Shown here one piece after another: positions 16,222-24,854 of a stretch of 32,000 nucleotides of DNA (position 1 is the stretch's first letter; each line of letters starts with the position of its first letter). Made by a program: the position numbers and the translations under genes. Below the pieces are notes generated by a model, which saw only the letters and a program-made list of their open reading frames with translations, made no database searches and was not told the DNA's origin. Source of the DNA: Corynebacterium amycolatum (GTDB lineage Bacteria; Actinomycetota; Actinomycetes; Mycobacteriales; Mycobacteriaceae). The stretch is taken from the NCBI RefSeq assembly GCF_049243625.1, contig NZ_CP046975.1; one strand, 5' to 3'.

Positions 16222-19140
16222 CTACTTCTTCACAACCAGGTTGACCATCTTGCCCGGAACGACAATGACCTTCACGATATTGCCACCGGCGCTCTCCACC
16301 GCTGCGACAACCTTTTCGTCGGCACGCGCGACGGCCTCGATATCCTCGCGGGAAGCATCGGTAGCCACGTCAATGCGGGCACGGACCTTGCCGTTGATCT
16401 GAACTGGCAGCTCAACGGTGTCATCGACCAGCCACTTCTCGTCAACTGCCGGCCACGGACCGTGCGCCAGGGACTCGGAGTGGCCGAGGCGGCTCCACAT
16501 TTCCTCCGCGATGTGCGGTGCCACCGGGCCCAGCATGAGAGCCAGCGGCTCCACAGCGGCGCGCGGTGCACCGGCCGATCCGTAGGTCTTGGTCAGGTAG
16601 TTGACGTACTCAATGAGCTTTGCGACGGCCGTGTTGTCACGCAGTTCTGCGTAGTCAGAGGTAACCCCTTCCACGGTGCGGTTGAGCGCCTTGAGGTCGT
16701 CGTCGGAAAGCGCTGCGTCCGTGACGGCGAGCTCACCGGAGTCCTCATTGACCACCAGACGCCAAGCGCGCTGGAGGAAGCGCTGCGAGCCGACCAGGTC
16801 CTTCGTCGCCCACGGGCGGGAAGTGTCGAGTGGGCCCATGGCCATTTCGTAGACGCGCAAGGTGTCGGCGCCGTAGTTGTCGCAGACCTCGTCGGGGGAG
16901 ACGGCGTTCTTCAGAGACTTGCCCATCTTGCCGTACTCCTGGAAAACCTCCAGGTCAGAGCCGTCTTCGGCGCCACCTGGAATGAAGAACTTACCATCGC
17001 GCTCAACTACCTGATCCGCCGGCTGGTAGACACCACGAGCATCGGTGTAGGCGTAGGCCTGAATGTAGCCCTGGTTGAACAGACGGCGGTACGGCTCCTT
17101 GGAGGTCACGTAGCCGAGGTCGAAGAGGACCTTGTGCCAGAAGCGGGAGTAGAGCAGGTGCAGCACCGCGTGCTCGACGCCGCCGACGTAGAGGTCGACG
17201 CCGCCTGGATCGTCCTTGCCGTGCGTCTCCGGACGGGGGCCGGTCCAGTAGCGCTCGTTTTCCAGGTCAACGAACTTTTCAGCGTTGTTCGGGTCGATGT
17301 AGCGCAGCTGGTACCAGGAGGAACCTGCCCAGTTCGGCATGACGTTGGTGTCTCGGCGGTACTTCTTCTTGCCGTCTCCGAGGTCGAGCTCGACGTTGAC
17401 CCAGTCAGTGGCCTTGTCCAGTGGGGCCTTTGGCTCGGTGTCGGCATCGTCCGGGTCGAATGTGACCGGCTTGTAGTCCTCGACCTCCGGGAGCTCGACC
17501 GGAAGCATGGACTCGGGCAGTGCGTGGGCGTGACCGTCCTCGTCGTAGACGATGGGGAAGGGCTCGCCCCAGTAGCGCTGGCGGGCGAACAGCCAGTCGC
17601 GCAGCTTGTACTGGACCTTCTCGTGGCCAGTACCTTCCTTCTCCAACCACTCAATGACGGTGGCGATGGCGGTGTCCTTGTCCAGGCCATTGATGTCCAG
17701 GCCGGAGTCATTGGCGGAGTTCACGCACGTACCGTTACCGACGTACGCCTCCTTTGCAATGTCACCGCCTTCAACGACCTCGCGGATTGGCAGACCGAAG
17801 GCAGTGGCGAACTCGTAGTCGCGCTCATCGTGGGCCGGGACAGCCATGATGGCACCGGTGCCGTAGCCAATCAGGACGTAGTCGGAAATGAATACCGGCA
17901 CCTGTTCGCCGCTGACCGGGTTGGTGGCGTAAGCACCCAGGAAGACGCCGGTTTTCTCCTTGTTCTCCTGGCGTTCCAGGTCGGACTTGGAGGCAATTGC
18001 GGCGCGGTAAACGGCGACGGCCTCAGCTGGGGTTTCCTTGCCGAAGGTCCAGCGCTCATCCACACCCTCGTAGGAACCGCTGCCGGCTTCGACCAGCTGA
18101 TCCACCAGCTCGTGCTCAGGAGCGAGCACCATGTAGGAGGCTCCGAAGAGAGTGTCCGGGCGAGTGGTGAAGACCCTGATCTTGGTGGAGACCTTCGGGC
18201 CGACCTCAGCTGCGAAGTCGACCTCAGCACCGCGGGAGCGACCGATCCAGTTACGCTGCATGGACTTGACCTTGTCCGGCCAGTCCAGCAGCTCCAGATC
18301 ATCGACCAGGCGGTCGGCGTAAGCGGTGATGCGCATCATCCACTGGCCCAGCCGCTTGCGGAACACCGGGAAGTTACCGCGCTCCGAACGACCTTCGGCG
18401 GTCACTTCCTCGTTGGACAGCACAGTGCCGAGGCCCGGGCACCAGTTGACCATCGAATTCGACTGGTAGACCAAGCGGAACTCATCCACAGCTTCGCGCT
18501 GCTCAGCCTCGCTGAGCTCAGCGTAGACGCGACCGTCCTTGGTAGCCATCTCGCCGGACTCCAACAGCGGAATCAGCTCATCGATACGACGGGCCTTCTT
18601 TTGATCCTCATCGAACCAGGCGTTGTAAATCTGCAGGAAAATCCACTGCGTCCACTTGTAGTAGTCCTGGTCAGTGGTCGCGAAAACACGACGGCGGTCA
18701 TGGCCAAGCCCCAGGCGGCCCAGCTGGCGCTCCATGTTGGCGATATTCGCTTCCGTCGTCACGCGCGGGTGCGTACCGGTCTGGATTGCGAACTGCTCCG
18801 CCGGCAGACCGAAGGCGTCGTAGCCCAGGGTGTGCAGCACGTTTGCGCCCTGCATACGGTGGAAGCGCGCGAAGACGTCGGTGGCGATGTAACCCAGTGG
18901 GTGGCCTACGTGCAGACCGACGCCTGACGGGTACGGGAACATGTCCTGGACGAAAAGCTTGTCTTTCGGCGGAGTCGAGCCGTCGGCAGCTGCCAAATCG
19001 CCCACCGGGTTGGGGGCGTAGAAGGTGCCGTTATCTTTCCAATACGCCTGCCACTTTCCCTCTAGCTGAGTCGCCAGCTCGGGGGAGTAGCGGTATTCAG
19101 TGGCTTCTGCCGAGGACGAGGACTTTTCGCTGTTGGTCAT
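16222..19140 (-). CDS. leuS: Leucine--tRNA ligase
   Basis: The ORF track gives 16222..19524. I place the start at ATG 19140 ([34 protein letters not shown]...). Class I motifs: HVGHPLGY (HIGH) and KMGKSLKN (KMSKS), plus the CP1 editing-domain insertion. The upstream 128 codons are R/G/P-rich non-coding read-through that overlaps the divergent gene. Confidence 0.95.
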   Translation of the reverse strand: MTNSEKSSSSAEATEYRYSPELATQLEGKWQAYWKDNGTFYAPNPVGDLAAADGSTPPKDKLFVQDMFPYPSGVGLHVGHPLGYIATDVFARFHRMQGANVLHTLGYDAFGLPAEQFAIQTGTHPRVTTEANIANMERQLGRLGLGHDRRRVFATTDQDYYKWTQWIFLQIYNAWFDEDQKKARRIDELIPLLESGEMATKDGRVYAELSEAEQREAVDEFRLVYQSNSMVNWCPGLGTVLSNEEVTAEGRSERGNFPVFRKRLGQWMMRITAYADRLVDDLELLDWPDKVKSMQRNWIGRSRGAEVDFAAEVGPKVSTKIRVFTTRPDTLFGASYMVLAPEHELVDQLVEAGSGSYEGVDERWTFGKETPAEAVAVYRAAIASKSDLERQENKEKTGVFLGAYATNPVSGEQVPVFISDYVLIGYGTGAIMAVPAHDERDYEFATAFGLPIREVVEGGDIAKEAYVGNGTCVNSANDSGLDINGLDKDTAIATVIEWLEKEGTGHEKVQYKLRDWLFARQRYWGEPFPIVYDEDGHAHALPESMLPVELPEVEDYKPVTFDPDDADTEPKAPLDKATDWVNVELDLGDGKKKYRRDTNVMPNWAGSSWYQLRYIDPNNAEKFVDLENERYWTGPRPETHGKDDPGGVDLYVGGVEHAVLHLLYSRFWHKVLFDLGYVTSKEPYRRLFNQGYIQAYAYTDARGVYQPADQVVERDGKFFIPGGAEDGSDLEVFQEYGKMGKSLKNAVSPDEVCDNYGADTLRVYEMAMGPLDTSRPWATKDLVGSQRFLQRAWRLVVNEDSGELAVTDAALSDDDLKALNRTVEGVTSDYAELRDNTAVAKLIEYVNYLTKTYGSAGAPRAAVEPLALMLGPVAPHIAEEMWSRLGHSESLAHGPWPAVDEKWLVDDTVELPVQINGKVRARIDVATDASREDIEAVARADEKVVAAVESAGGNIVKVIVVPGKMVNLVVKK

Positions 19141-19200
19141 GGTCTCACAGTCTAATAGGTGCGTTTGGCACGTGCCCAACCACCTATATAAATTGGAAGC

Positions 19201-19812
19201 ATGATTGTCATCCCTGTAATTACCCTGGTTCTGGCTGTTTGCATAGCCGTTGTCGCTGGTTTGGCATGGTCGGCGAAGCTGCCGGGTAATAACTGGATTG
19301 GAATTCGTGCGCCCGAGGCTCGAAAGTCCCAGGAAAACTGGGATATTACGCACCGCGTTGCCGGGCCGCCGTGGGCTGTGTCCGCCGTCGCTTTCCTCGG
19401 CGCCGCCATGCTCGCCTTCCTCGCCATCCGCCCGGAGGCCTCTGGTTGGATGTGGCTGTGGTACGCCGTCGCTCTGCTCGCCGGTATCGCCATGCTCGGC
19501 GTTGGTGCGGCGATCGGCTCGCACACCATCGCGCTTTACGACGCCAAGGTCTCCGCGGAGTCCGGCTCCGGTTGTGGGTGCGGTGACGGTGACAGCGGCT
19601 GTGGCTGTGGCTCCGCCACCACTGATGCCGCCGACACTGCAGCTGATGATGCCTGCTGCTCCGACAACCCAGCAGCAGACTGCGGTGTCTCCGGTGGCTG
19701 CAGCTCCTGTGGCCTGGAAGGACTGTGCACGGACAAGGGCTCATCCGCGAATGCCGCTTTCAAGCCTGTGGACAAGGATGCGCTGCGCAAGGCAGCTGAG
19801 CAGAAGAAGTAA
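19201..19812 (+). CDS. SdpI/YhfL-family-like membrane protein with cysteine-rich C-terminal tail
   Basis: 203-aa ORF with three TM helices and the SdpI-like loop [29 protein letters not shown]. The tail carries 10 Cys in 52 residues: [56 protein letters not shown]. Confidence 0.7.
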   Translation: MIVIPVITLVLAVCIAVVAGLAWSAKLPGNNWIGIRAPEARKSQENWDITHRVAGPPWAVSAVAFLGAAMLAFLAIRPEASGWMWLWYAVALLAGIAMLGVGAAIGSHTIALYDAKVSAESGSGCGCGDGDSGCGCGSATTDAADTAADDACCSDNPAADCGVSGGCSSCGLEGLCTDKGSSANAAFKPVDKDALRKAAEQKK

Positions 19813-19883
19813 AAAATTATTGCAGAGAAAAGCTTCTGCAAAATAGTAAGACAACTTCTGGTTGCCCACTAAACTATTTGTCC

Positions 19884-20867
19884 ATGTGGCAACGAATTGT
19901 GAGTTGGCGTCCAGATCCCCTCATCGTCGGTATCGTTGCTGCAGCGATACTGGCGATTTTTTTTCCTGCAAGCGGCACTACCGCTGAGGTTTTCAGCTGG
20001 GCAACGAAGATCGCCATCGGCTTCTTGTTCTTCCTCTATGGTGCGCGTTTGAGTCCGCAGGATGCGTTGGCCGGCGTTAAGCATTGGCGGCTGCACATAA
20101 CCATTCTGGCTTTCACATTCGTGCTGTTCCCAATCCTCGGCCTGCTGATGAAACCCCTGGATTGGTTTCTCTCTCCTGGCCTCTACCTGGGCATTCTGTA
20201 CATGACGCTGGCCCCGTCAACGGTGCAGTCGAGTGTGAACTTCACCTCCATCGCCAAGGGCAATGTCGCCGGCGCAATCGTCAGTGCCTCGGCTTCTAAC
20301 CTGCTGGGCATCGTCGTCACACCGGTGCTCGTGATGCTGTTGATGGCCACTGGTGGCGGCGTTCATGTGGATTCGTCGGTGTTCTTGGATATTTCGCTGC
20401 AGTTGCTGCTGCCGTTCGCAATCGGCCAGCTCACTCGCCGTTGGACCCTGAAGTTTGCCGCCGCGAAGACGACTAAGAACGTTGACCGACTTTCCATCGC
20501 ACTGGTTGTCTATGCCGCGTTCTCCGAGGGCATGGTGCAGGGCATTTGGTCGAAGGTGCCGGCCGGCGACATCGTCATCCTCTGTGTGCTCTCGGTAGTG
20601 CTGGTGGAATTCGTTTTGCGGCTGTCCGGTTTCGTCGCAAAGAAGATGGGCTTCGACCGCAAGGACCGCATTGCCATTCAGTTCTGCGGTTCGAAGAAGT
20701 CCCTGGCCACTGGCCTGCCAATGGCCGCCGTTATCTTCGGTGCCGATGCCAGCCTCTACATTTTGCCGCTGATGATTTTCCACCAGATTCAGCTGATGAT
20801 CTGTGCGGTCTACGCCGCTCGCTGGGGCAAGGAAGCAGAAGCTGAGCCGGAGCCACAACCCGCTTAA
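19884..20867 (+). CDS. Bile acid:sodium symporter (BASS) family transporter, YfeH-like
   Basis: The ORF track starts at TTG 19878; I prefer ATG 19884. Blocks recalled from E. coli YfeH: HWRLH, FVLFPILGLL, PSTVQSS, GNVAGAIVSASASNLLGI, LQLLLPF, VVYAAFSE, FCGSKKSLATGLPMA, LPLMIFHQIQLMICAVYA. Confidence 0.82.
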   Translation: MWQRIVSWRPDPLIVGIVAAAILAIFFPASGTTAEVFSWATKIAIGFLFFLYGARLSPQDALAGVKHWRLHITILAFTFVLFPILGLLMKPLDWFLSPGLYLGILYMTLAPSTVQSSVNFTSIAKGNVAGAIVSASASNLLGIVVTPVLVMLLMATGGGVHVDSSVFLDISLQLLLPFAIGQLTRRWTLKFAAAKTTKNVDRLSIALVVYAAFSEGMVQGIWSKVPAGDIVILCVLSVVLVEFVLRLSGFVAKKMGFDRKDRIAIQFCGSKKSLATGLPMAAVIFGADASLYILPLMIFHQIQLMICAVYAARWGKEAEAEPEPQPA

Positions 20868-20975
20868 CGCGGTCTAGGGCATGGAACCGAGGGGCGAATC
20901 CGGCTTGGCACATATACTGGGGCGCACAACATAAGGTTCGGTTTTAAACGAGCAAACGAAAGTGTGAGATTCAGT

Positions 20976-22106
20976 ATGGCTAACGAGAATCCGGCTCCAT
21001 TCTCTCCGGAACAGCGCGCCGCAGAAGAGACCGCGATCAATGAGTTCTGGTCGTGGTGGAACTCTTTTGGCGCCGATGCGCTCGACTCTATGTTTAGTGT
21101 CCAACTCGGTATCGATGGTGCCCCGAACGCCGCCGATGTGGACATTATTGATGTCCAGAAGGAGGTCGGCGGGCGCATCGCCGCCATTAATGACCGGCTC
21201 ATCTGGGGGTTTGAGGCTGGCGCTCCGTATTCTCGCCATCTTCTGACTGTGAGCGCTGCCGGCGATCCAGAGCTGCGCCCGGTCGCTCGCCGTTGGCTGG
21301 AGGCCGCGCCTGACGACGGCGCGGTGTGGTCTTTCACCGACCTCCGCCAGGCGGATCCGGCGATGAAGCTGTCGCTGGGGGATGTCGCAGCTACGTTGGT
21401 TGCACAGGGTGCTCTCGAGGCCGATGCTCCCGCCGAGGTCGATCCGGCAGACGCCCGCGTGGCTGTTAGCAGTGGTCATGGGGCAGTGGACGTTCGCCTA
21501 TTCCACCCGCTGTTCCCGGCAATTGCTCAGTTGGAGGACGGTGAGCGCTTGGTAGCTCAGCTAGGTTTCACACTGCTGCAGCTGGCTCTGGGAGAGGAGG
21601 ACTTCGGCCTGTGGCTGCGCGGTTTCGCCTTCGCTGGCGAGGAGCCGGAAGATGCTATCCCGCTACCGGAGCTGGGCGGTGTCGTCGAGCAGCTCGCGGA
21701 AGAGTGCCCGGAGTGGCTCACCATTGATGCCGAAGCCAACGGCCAGCCGCTCGTCGTCGCTACTCGCGCTCCGATTACGCAGCTGGTGAGCCCGACTATG
21801 ACGCAGCATGTGCTGATTCAGCTCATGCTCGCTCACATTGACGACAAGGGCTTGCCGACGGACGAGTCGAAGGAATCCCTCTCCGAGTTCAATACCGCTG
21901 CCGCTGAAGCCATCGCTGAGGACAAGGGTATTTTTGTCGCAACTGAGCAGTCCGACGGTATGGCTCTGCTGCACTTCTTTATTGACCCGGCATCTGATGC
22001 GGAGGCGGGTCTGCGAGCTGTTGCGCAGACGTGGACCGACGGAGAGCACGTTGTCGACACCGCTTACGATCCAGCTTGGCAGCGCGTCGGCCACCTGCGC
22101 GTGTAG
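20976..22106 (+). CDS. Acidic cytoplasmic hypothetical protein (C-terminal half possibly DUF695/RraB-like)
   Basis: 376-aa frame from ATG 20976 (the track starts at GTG 20964). Codon usage is good and GC3-rich throughout. The competing minus-strand ORFs (20864..21337 and 20874..21479) are R/S/P-rich antisense artefacts. I recognise no catalytic motifs. Confidence 0.6.
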   Translation: MANENPAPFSPEQRAAEETAINEFWSWWNSFGADALDSMFSVQLGIDGAPNAADVDIIDVQKEVGGRIAAINDRLIWGFEAGAPYSRHLLTVSAAGDPELRPVARRWLEAAPDDGAVWSFTDLRQADPAMKLSLGDVAATLVAQGALEADAPAEVDPADARVAVSSGHGAVDVRLFHPLFPAIAQLEDGERLVAQLGFTLLQLALGEEDFGLWLRGFAFAGEEPEDAIPLPELGGVVEQLAEECPEWLTIDAEANGQPLVVATRAPITQLVSPTMTQHVLIQLMLAHIDDKGLPTDESKESLSEFNTAAAEAIAEDKGIFVATEQSDGMALLHFFIDPASDAEAGLRAVAQTWTDGEHVVDTAYDPAWQRVGHLRV

Positions 22107-22120
22107 ATTGGTTTTTTGTT

Positions 22121-23035
22121 ATGAACGCTCGTCATCGTCTTACTCCGCGACCATCTCGCGCGATTCGCCTGGGGCTTACCGGTGTCATCGCTGTCACCAG
22201 CCTTCCGCTGGCAGCCGGGAACGTCGCTGCGGCTCCGCAGCCGAAACTGACTCCACAGGGCACTATTGATGCTCCGGGGCGCACCCAGATCAGCTTTACC
22301 CACACCCCGACCGGCGCTCACTACGGTACGGCCAACGAGAATGAAGCTCGTCCGGGGCTGTCGATTGTCAAGCTCTACATTGCCGACTACGTCTTCAAGC
22401 ACGGCACCGAAGCGGACAAGGCGAAGGCCACACAGATGATTCGCTACTCCGATGACAACATTGCCAGCGAGCTCTACGGCCGTTACCCGGACTCCATTAA
22501 CGCCACGGCGCGTGAGTACGGCCTCAGCAACACCCACGGTGCGGGCCACTGGGGCAATTCCACGACTTCCAGCGCTGACACCGTGAAGTTCCTGGAGGCC
22601 AAGAAGCGCGAGAACCCTTCCGACCCGGTGCTGGTTGCTATGAGCACCGCGTCACCTGTGGCAGCGGATGGCTACCGTCAGGATTACGGCACCGCCACGC
22701 TGCCTGGTGTTATTGGCACAAAGTGGGGTTGGTCCGATGACCGTCAGAGCGTTCACGCCTCGGCGTCCATTGGTCCTGACTTCAGCGTCGCTGCTAACAC
22801 CTACGGCACCAAGGAAGCTCACACCAGCGATGTTCAGAATGCGTTCGGTGGCACGGTGGGCACTCCACCACTGCCTGGTCTGCCCGACAGCCCGAGCCTG
22901 CCCAACATCCCAGGCGTCCCGAATCTGTCCGAGAGCCCGAATCTCGGCGAACTACTGAACTTGCCGGAATCCCCGCAGCTGCCGCAGATTCCGGGGCTGC
23001 CGAACTTCACAGGCCAGGTACCGGCGCAGTTCTAG
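22121..23035 (+). CDS. Exported beta-lactamase-fold serine hydrolase paralog with Pro-rich C-terminal repeats
   Basis: I place the start at ATG 22121 (MNARHRLTPRPSRAIRLGLTGVIAVTSLPLAAGNVAAAPQ, a signal peptide); the track start at 22031 overlaps the upstream gene. Motifs: SxxK (LSIVK), SxN-like (MIRYSDDNIASELY) and a degenerate KxG (GTKWGW). It aligns by eye to the 722..2023 product (MIRYSxxNxAxEL, YGLS). The C-terminus is PLPGLPDSPSLPNIPGVPNLSESPNLGELLNLPESPQLPQIPGLPNF. Confidence 0.65.
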   Translation: MNARHRLTPRPSRAIRLGLTGVIAVTSLPLAAGNVAAAPQPKLTPQGTIDAPGRTQISFTHTPTGAHYGTANENEARPGLSIVKLYIADYVFKHGTEADKAKATQMIRYSDDNIASELYGRYPDSINATAREYGLSNTHGAGHWGNSTTSSADTVKFLEAKKRENPSDPVLVAMSTASPVAADGYRQDYGTATLPGVIGTKWGWSDDRQSVHASASIGPDFSVAANTYGTKEAHTSDVQNAFGGTVGTPPLPGLPDSPSLPNIPGVPNLSESPNLGELLNLPESPQLPQIPGLPNFTGQVPAQF

Positions 23036-23088
23036 CCACTGACCGCTAGCCGCTGGCACCGTCTCACACAGCGCTTACGCAGCGCACC

Positions 23089-23439
23089 TCACGCGACAAG
23101 GTTCACGAGGGCCATATACAGCGCCGTGCCTACGAATATCGAGATCACGGTGTTGCGCCGCCACCAGTGCAGGAAGATGGTGACGACCAGCGCCACAGGC
23201 ACGGCCCAGGCAGCGCCGGGGTCGCCACCCTCACCGCTGAGCCCCAACCGTCCAAAGACGGTGTAAACCACCAGCGCCATCATGACTCCAACAGGCATGG
23301 TCGTGCCGAGGAATTCGAACAGGGGAGAGCCCTTCAGGGTCCGCACGAACGCAAACGGCAGTGCGCGCAACGCAACTGTCACTGCGCCCATCGCAAAGAG
23401 CGCGGCTAGCACATAGCCGGAATCGGGCATCGCGGTCAT
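23089..23439 (-). CDS. azlD: AzlD family branched-chain amino acid transport protein
   Basis: I place the start at ATG 23439, which forms an ATGA overlap with the azlC stop. The protein is small and hydrophobic: MTAMPDSGYVLAALFAMGAVTVALRALPFAFV... Confidence 0.8.
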   Translation of the reverse strand: MTAMPDSGYVLAALFAMGAVTVALRALPFAFVRTLKGSPLFEFLGTTMPVGVMMALVVYTVFGRLGLSGEGGDPGAAWAVPVALVVTIFLHWWRRNTVISIFVGTALYMALVNLVA

Positions 23440-24212
23440 GCTCGCTCTCCCTCCGTTACACGCTGATTGCTTGACGACGTCATGCGCATCACCCGATCTA
23501 CTCGTGGTGACCACACGCGCAACAGCAGCATGCCGAAGTACATCAACAACCCGATGACCAGCATCTGGTTCGGGTTAATCAGCCACCCGACCAACGTGCA
23601 GACGATAGCGGCCAGGGGCAGTGACCAATCCTTGGAGGTCTCAAACGCGTCCATGGCCAGCACCGTAAAGAGCGCCACCAGTGCGAACTCGGCACCGCGG
23701 ATCCCTTCGGGCAATGCTGCACCGGTTAGCGCCCCGACAATACCGGAGCCCACCCACAGCAACTGGCAGAGAATCTGAATCGTCAGCAGGCGGCGGCCCG
23801 ACATCTTTTCAGCCGGATTTGCCGCAGAGACGATGGCATACGACTCGTCGGTAAGCGCGTATGTGGAGTATGCGCGGCCGAGACGAGACTGTATCCGGTC
23901 GCGGGGGAACGTCAGCCCGTAGAAGACGTGGCGGAAGTTGACCATAAACGAGGTCACGGCACAGCCGAGCAGACCCGTATGGGCCATAACCAGGCCGACA
24001 GCGAGGAATTCCATCGACCCCGCGTAGACCACGAAGGAGAAGATGGGTGCCCACCACCAACTTAAGCCAGTCTGTGCGATGAGTAGGCCGAATGCGAGCC
24101 CCAGCGGAATGAGACCCATGCCGACGGGCAGTGTCTGCCGAATGCCGGCAGCTATGTCGCTGCGGTCACTAGTTGCGGCACTGTTTCCTTCGGCATTGAT
24201 GTGCTCACTCAT
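23436..24212 (-). CDS. azlC: AzlC family branched-chain amino acid permease/exporter subunit
   Basis: 258-aa polytopic ORF: GIRQTLPVGMGLIPLGLAFGLLIAQTGLSWWWAPIFSFVVYAGSMEFLAVGLV. This is AzlC-like and is followed by azlD. Confidence 0.85.
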   Translation of the reverse strand: MSEHINAEGNSAATSDRSDIAAGIRQTLPVGMGLIPLGLAFGLLIAQTGLSWWWAPIFSFVVYAGSMEFLAVGLVMAHTGLLGCAVTSFMVNFRHVFYGLTFPRDRIQSRLGRAYSTYALTDESYAIVSAANPAEKMSGRRLLTIQILCQLLWVGSGIVGALTGAALPEGIRGAEFALVALFTVLAMDAFETSKDWSLPLAAIVCTLVGWLINPNQMLVIGLLMYFGMLLLRVWSPRVDRVMRMTSSSNQRVTEGERA

Positions 24213-24854
24213 CTAGTTGTCACGTACATCTACGGGGTAGGTGCCATACAGCGGCAGCGGCCAGGGCTGACGGCGCATGCAATCACCCCAGATGTCAGCG
24301 GCAGCAGGCGCGAGTACATCAGAGGGCAGGGCAGGGGCGACGTACCAATCACCGCGATCGAGCTCTTCTTCCAGCTGCCCTGGATCCCAGCCCGCGTAAC
24401 CGGCGAAGATACGCGCGCCATCGATGCGGTCGCGTACATCCTCCGGCTCCGCGCCGAGGTTGACCAGCGCAAACCTATGGGCGATGCGTTCCATCAGCGG
24501 TGCACCGGTAATACTGTCGGTCTCCTCTGGGAGGGTAGCGCCATTTCGCACCACACCAATGCAGATTGGCTGCGTCTGGTTGACCGGACCCCCGACGTAG
24601 AGCACCGGCGGCTTAGTCATCAGTGACGCCCAGGGCTCGAGCACATTGTGCACAGGCGTCTGCGAACGCTGCGTGAGATCGACACCAAGGGTGCCGTGCT
24701 CATCGTGTTCAATGAGGAAAATCACCGAACGAGCGAATTCCGGCGAGAGCATGCCGGGTGCTGCGAGCAGCAGCATACCGGCGGCCGGGTCGTTGCGCTC
24801 GAGGCTGGTAAAAAGCCGGTCGCCATAGAGATTTTCCGGATTAATCGATGCCAT
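24213..24854 (-). CDS. YqgE/AlgH family protein (UPF0301; Rv0038-like)
   Basis: 213-aa ORF: GMLLLAAPGMLSPEFARSVIFLIEHDEHGTLGVDLTQRS...LYVGGPV...FAGYAGWDPGQLEEELDRGDWYV, which are hallmark YqgE/AlgH blocks. Confidence 0.85.
   Translation of the reverse strand: MASINPENLYGDRLFTSLERNDPAAGMLLLAAPGMLSPEFARSVIFLIEHDEHGTLGVDLTQRSQTPVHNVLEPWASLMTKPPVLYVGGPVNQTQPICIGVVRNGATLPEETDSITGAPLMERIAHRFALVNLGAEPEDVRDRIDGARIFAGYAGWDPGQLEEELDRGDWYVAPALPSDVLAPAAADIWGDCMRRQPWPLPLYGTYPVDVRDN

Noticed and set aside
19141-19524. The N-terminal 128 codons of the 1100-aa leuS ORF.
   Set aside because: This is R/G/P-rich read-through that overlaps the well-formed divergent sdpI-like gene. The conserved LeuRS N-terminus begins at ATG 19140.
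20864-21479. Minus-strand ORFs of 157 and 201 aa opposite the 5' half of the acidic hypothetical gene.
   Set aside because: The plus-strand frame is continuous for ~376 codons with coding-like composition. The minus-strand products are R/S/P-rich antisense artefacts.
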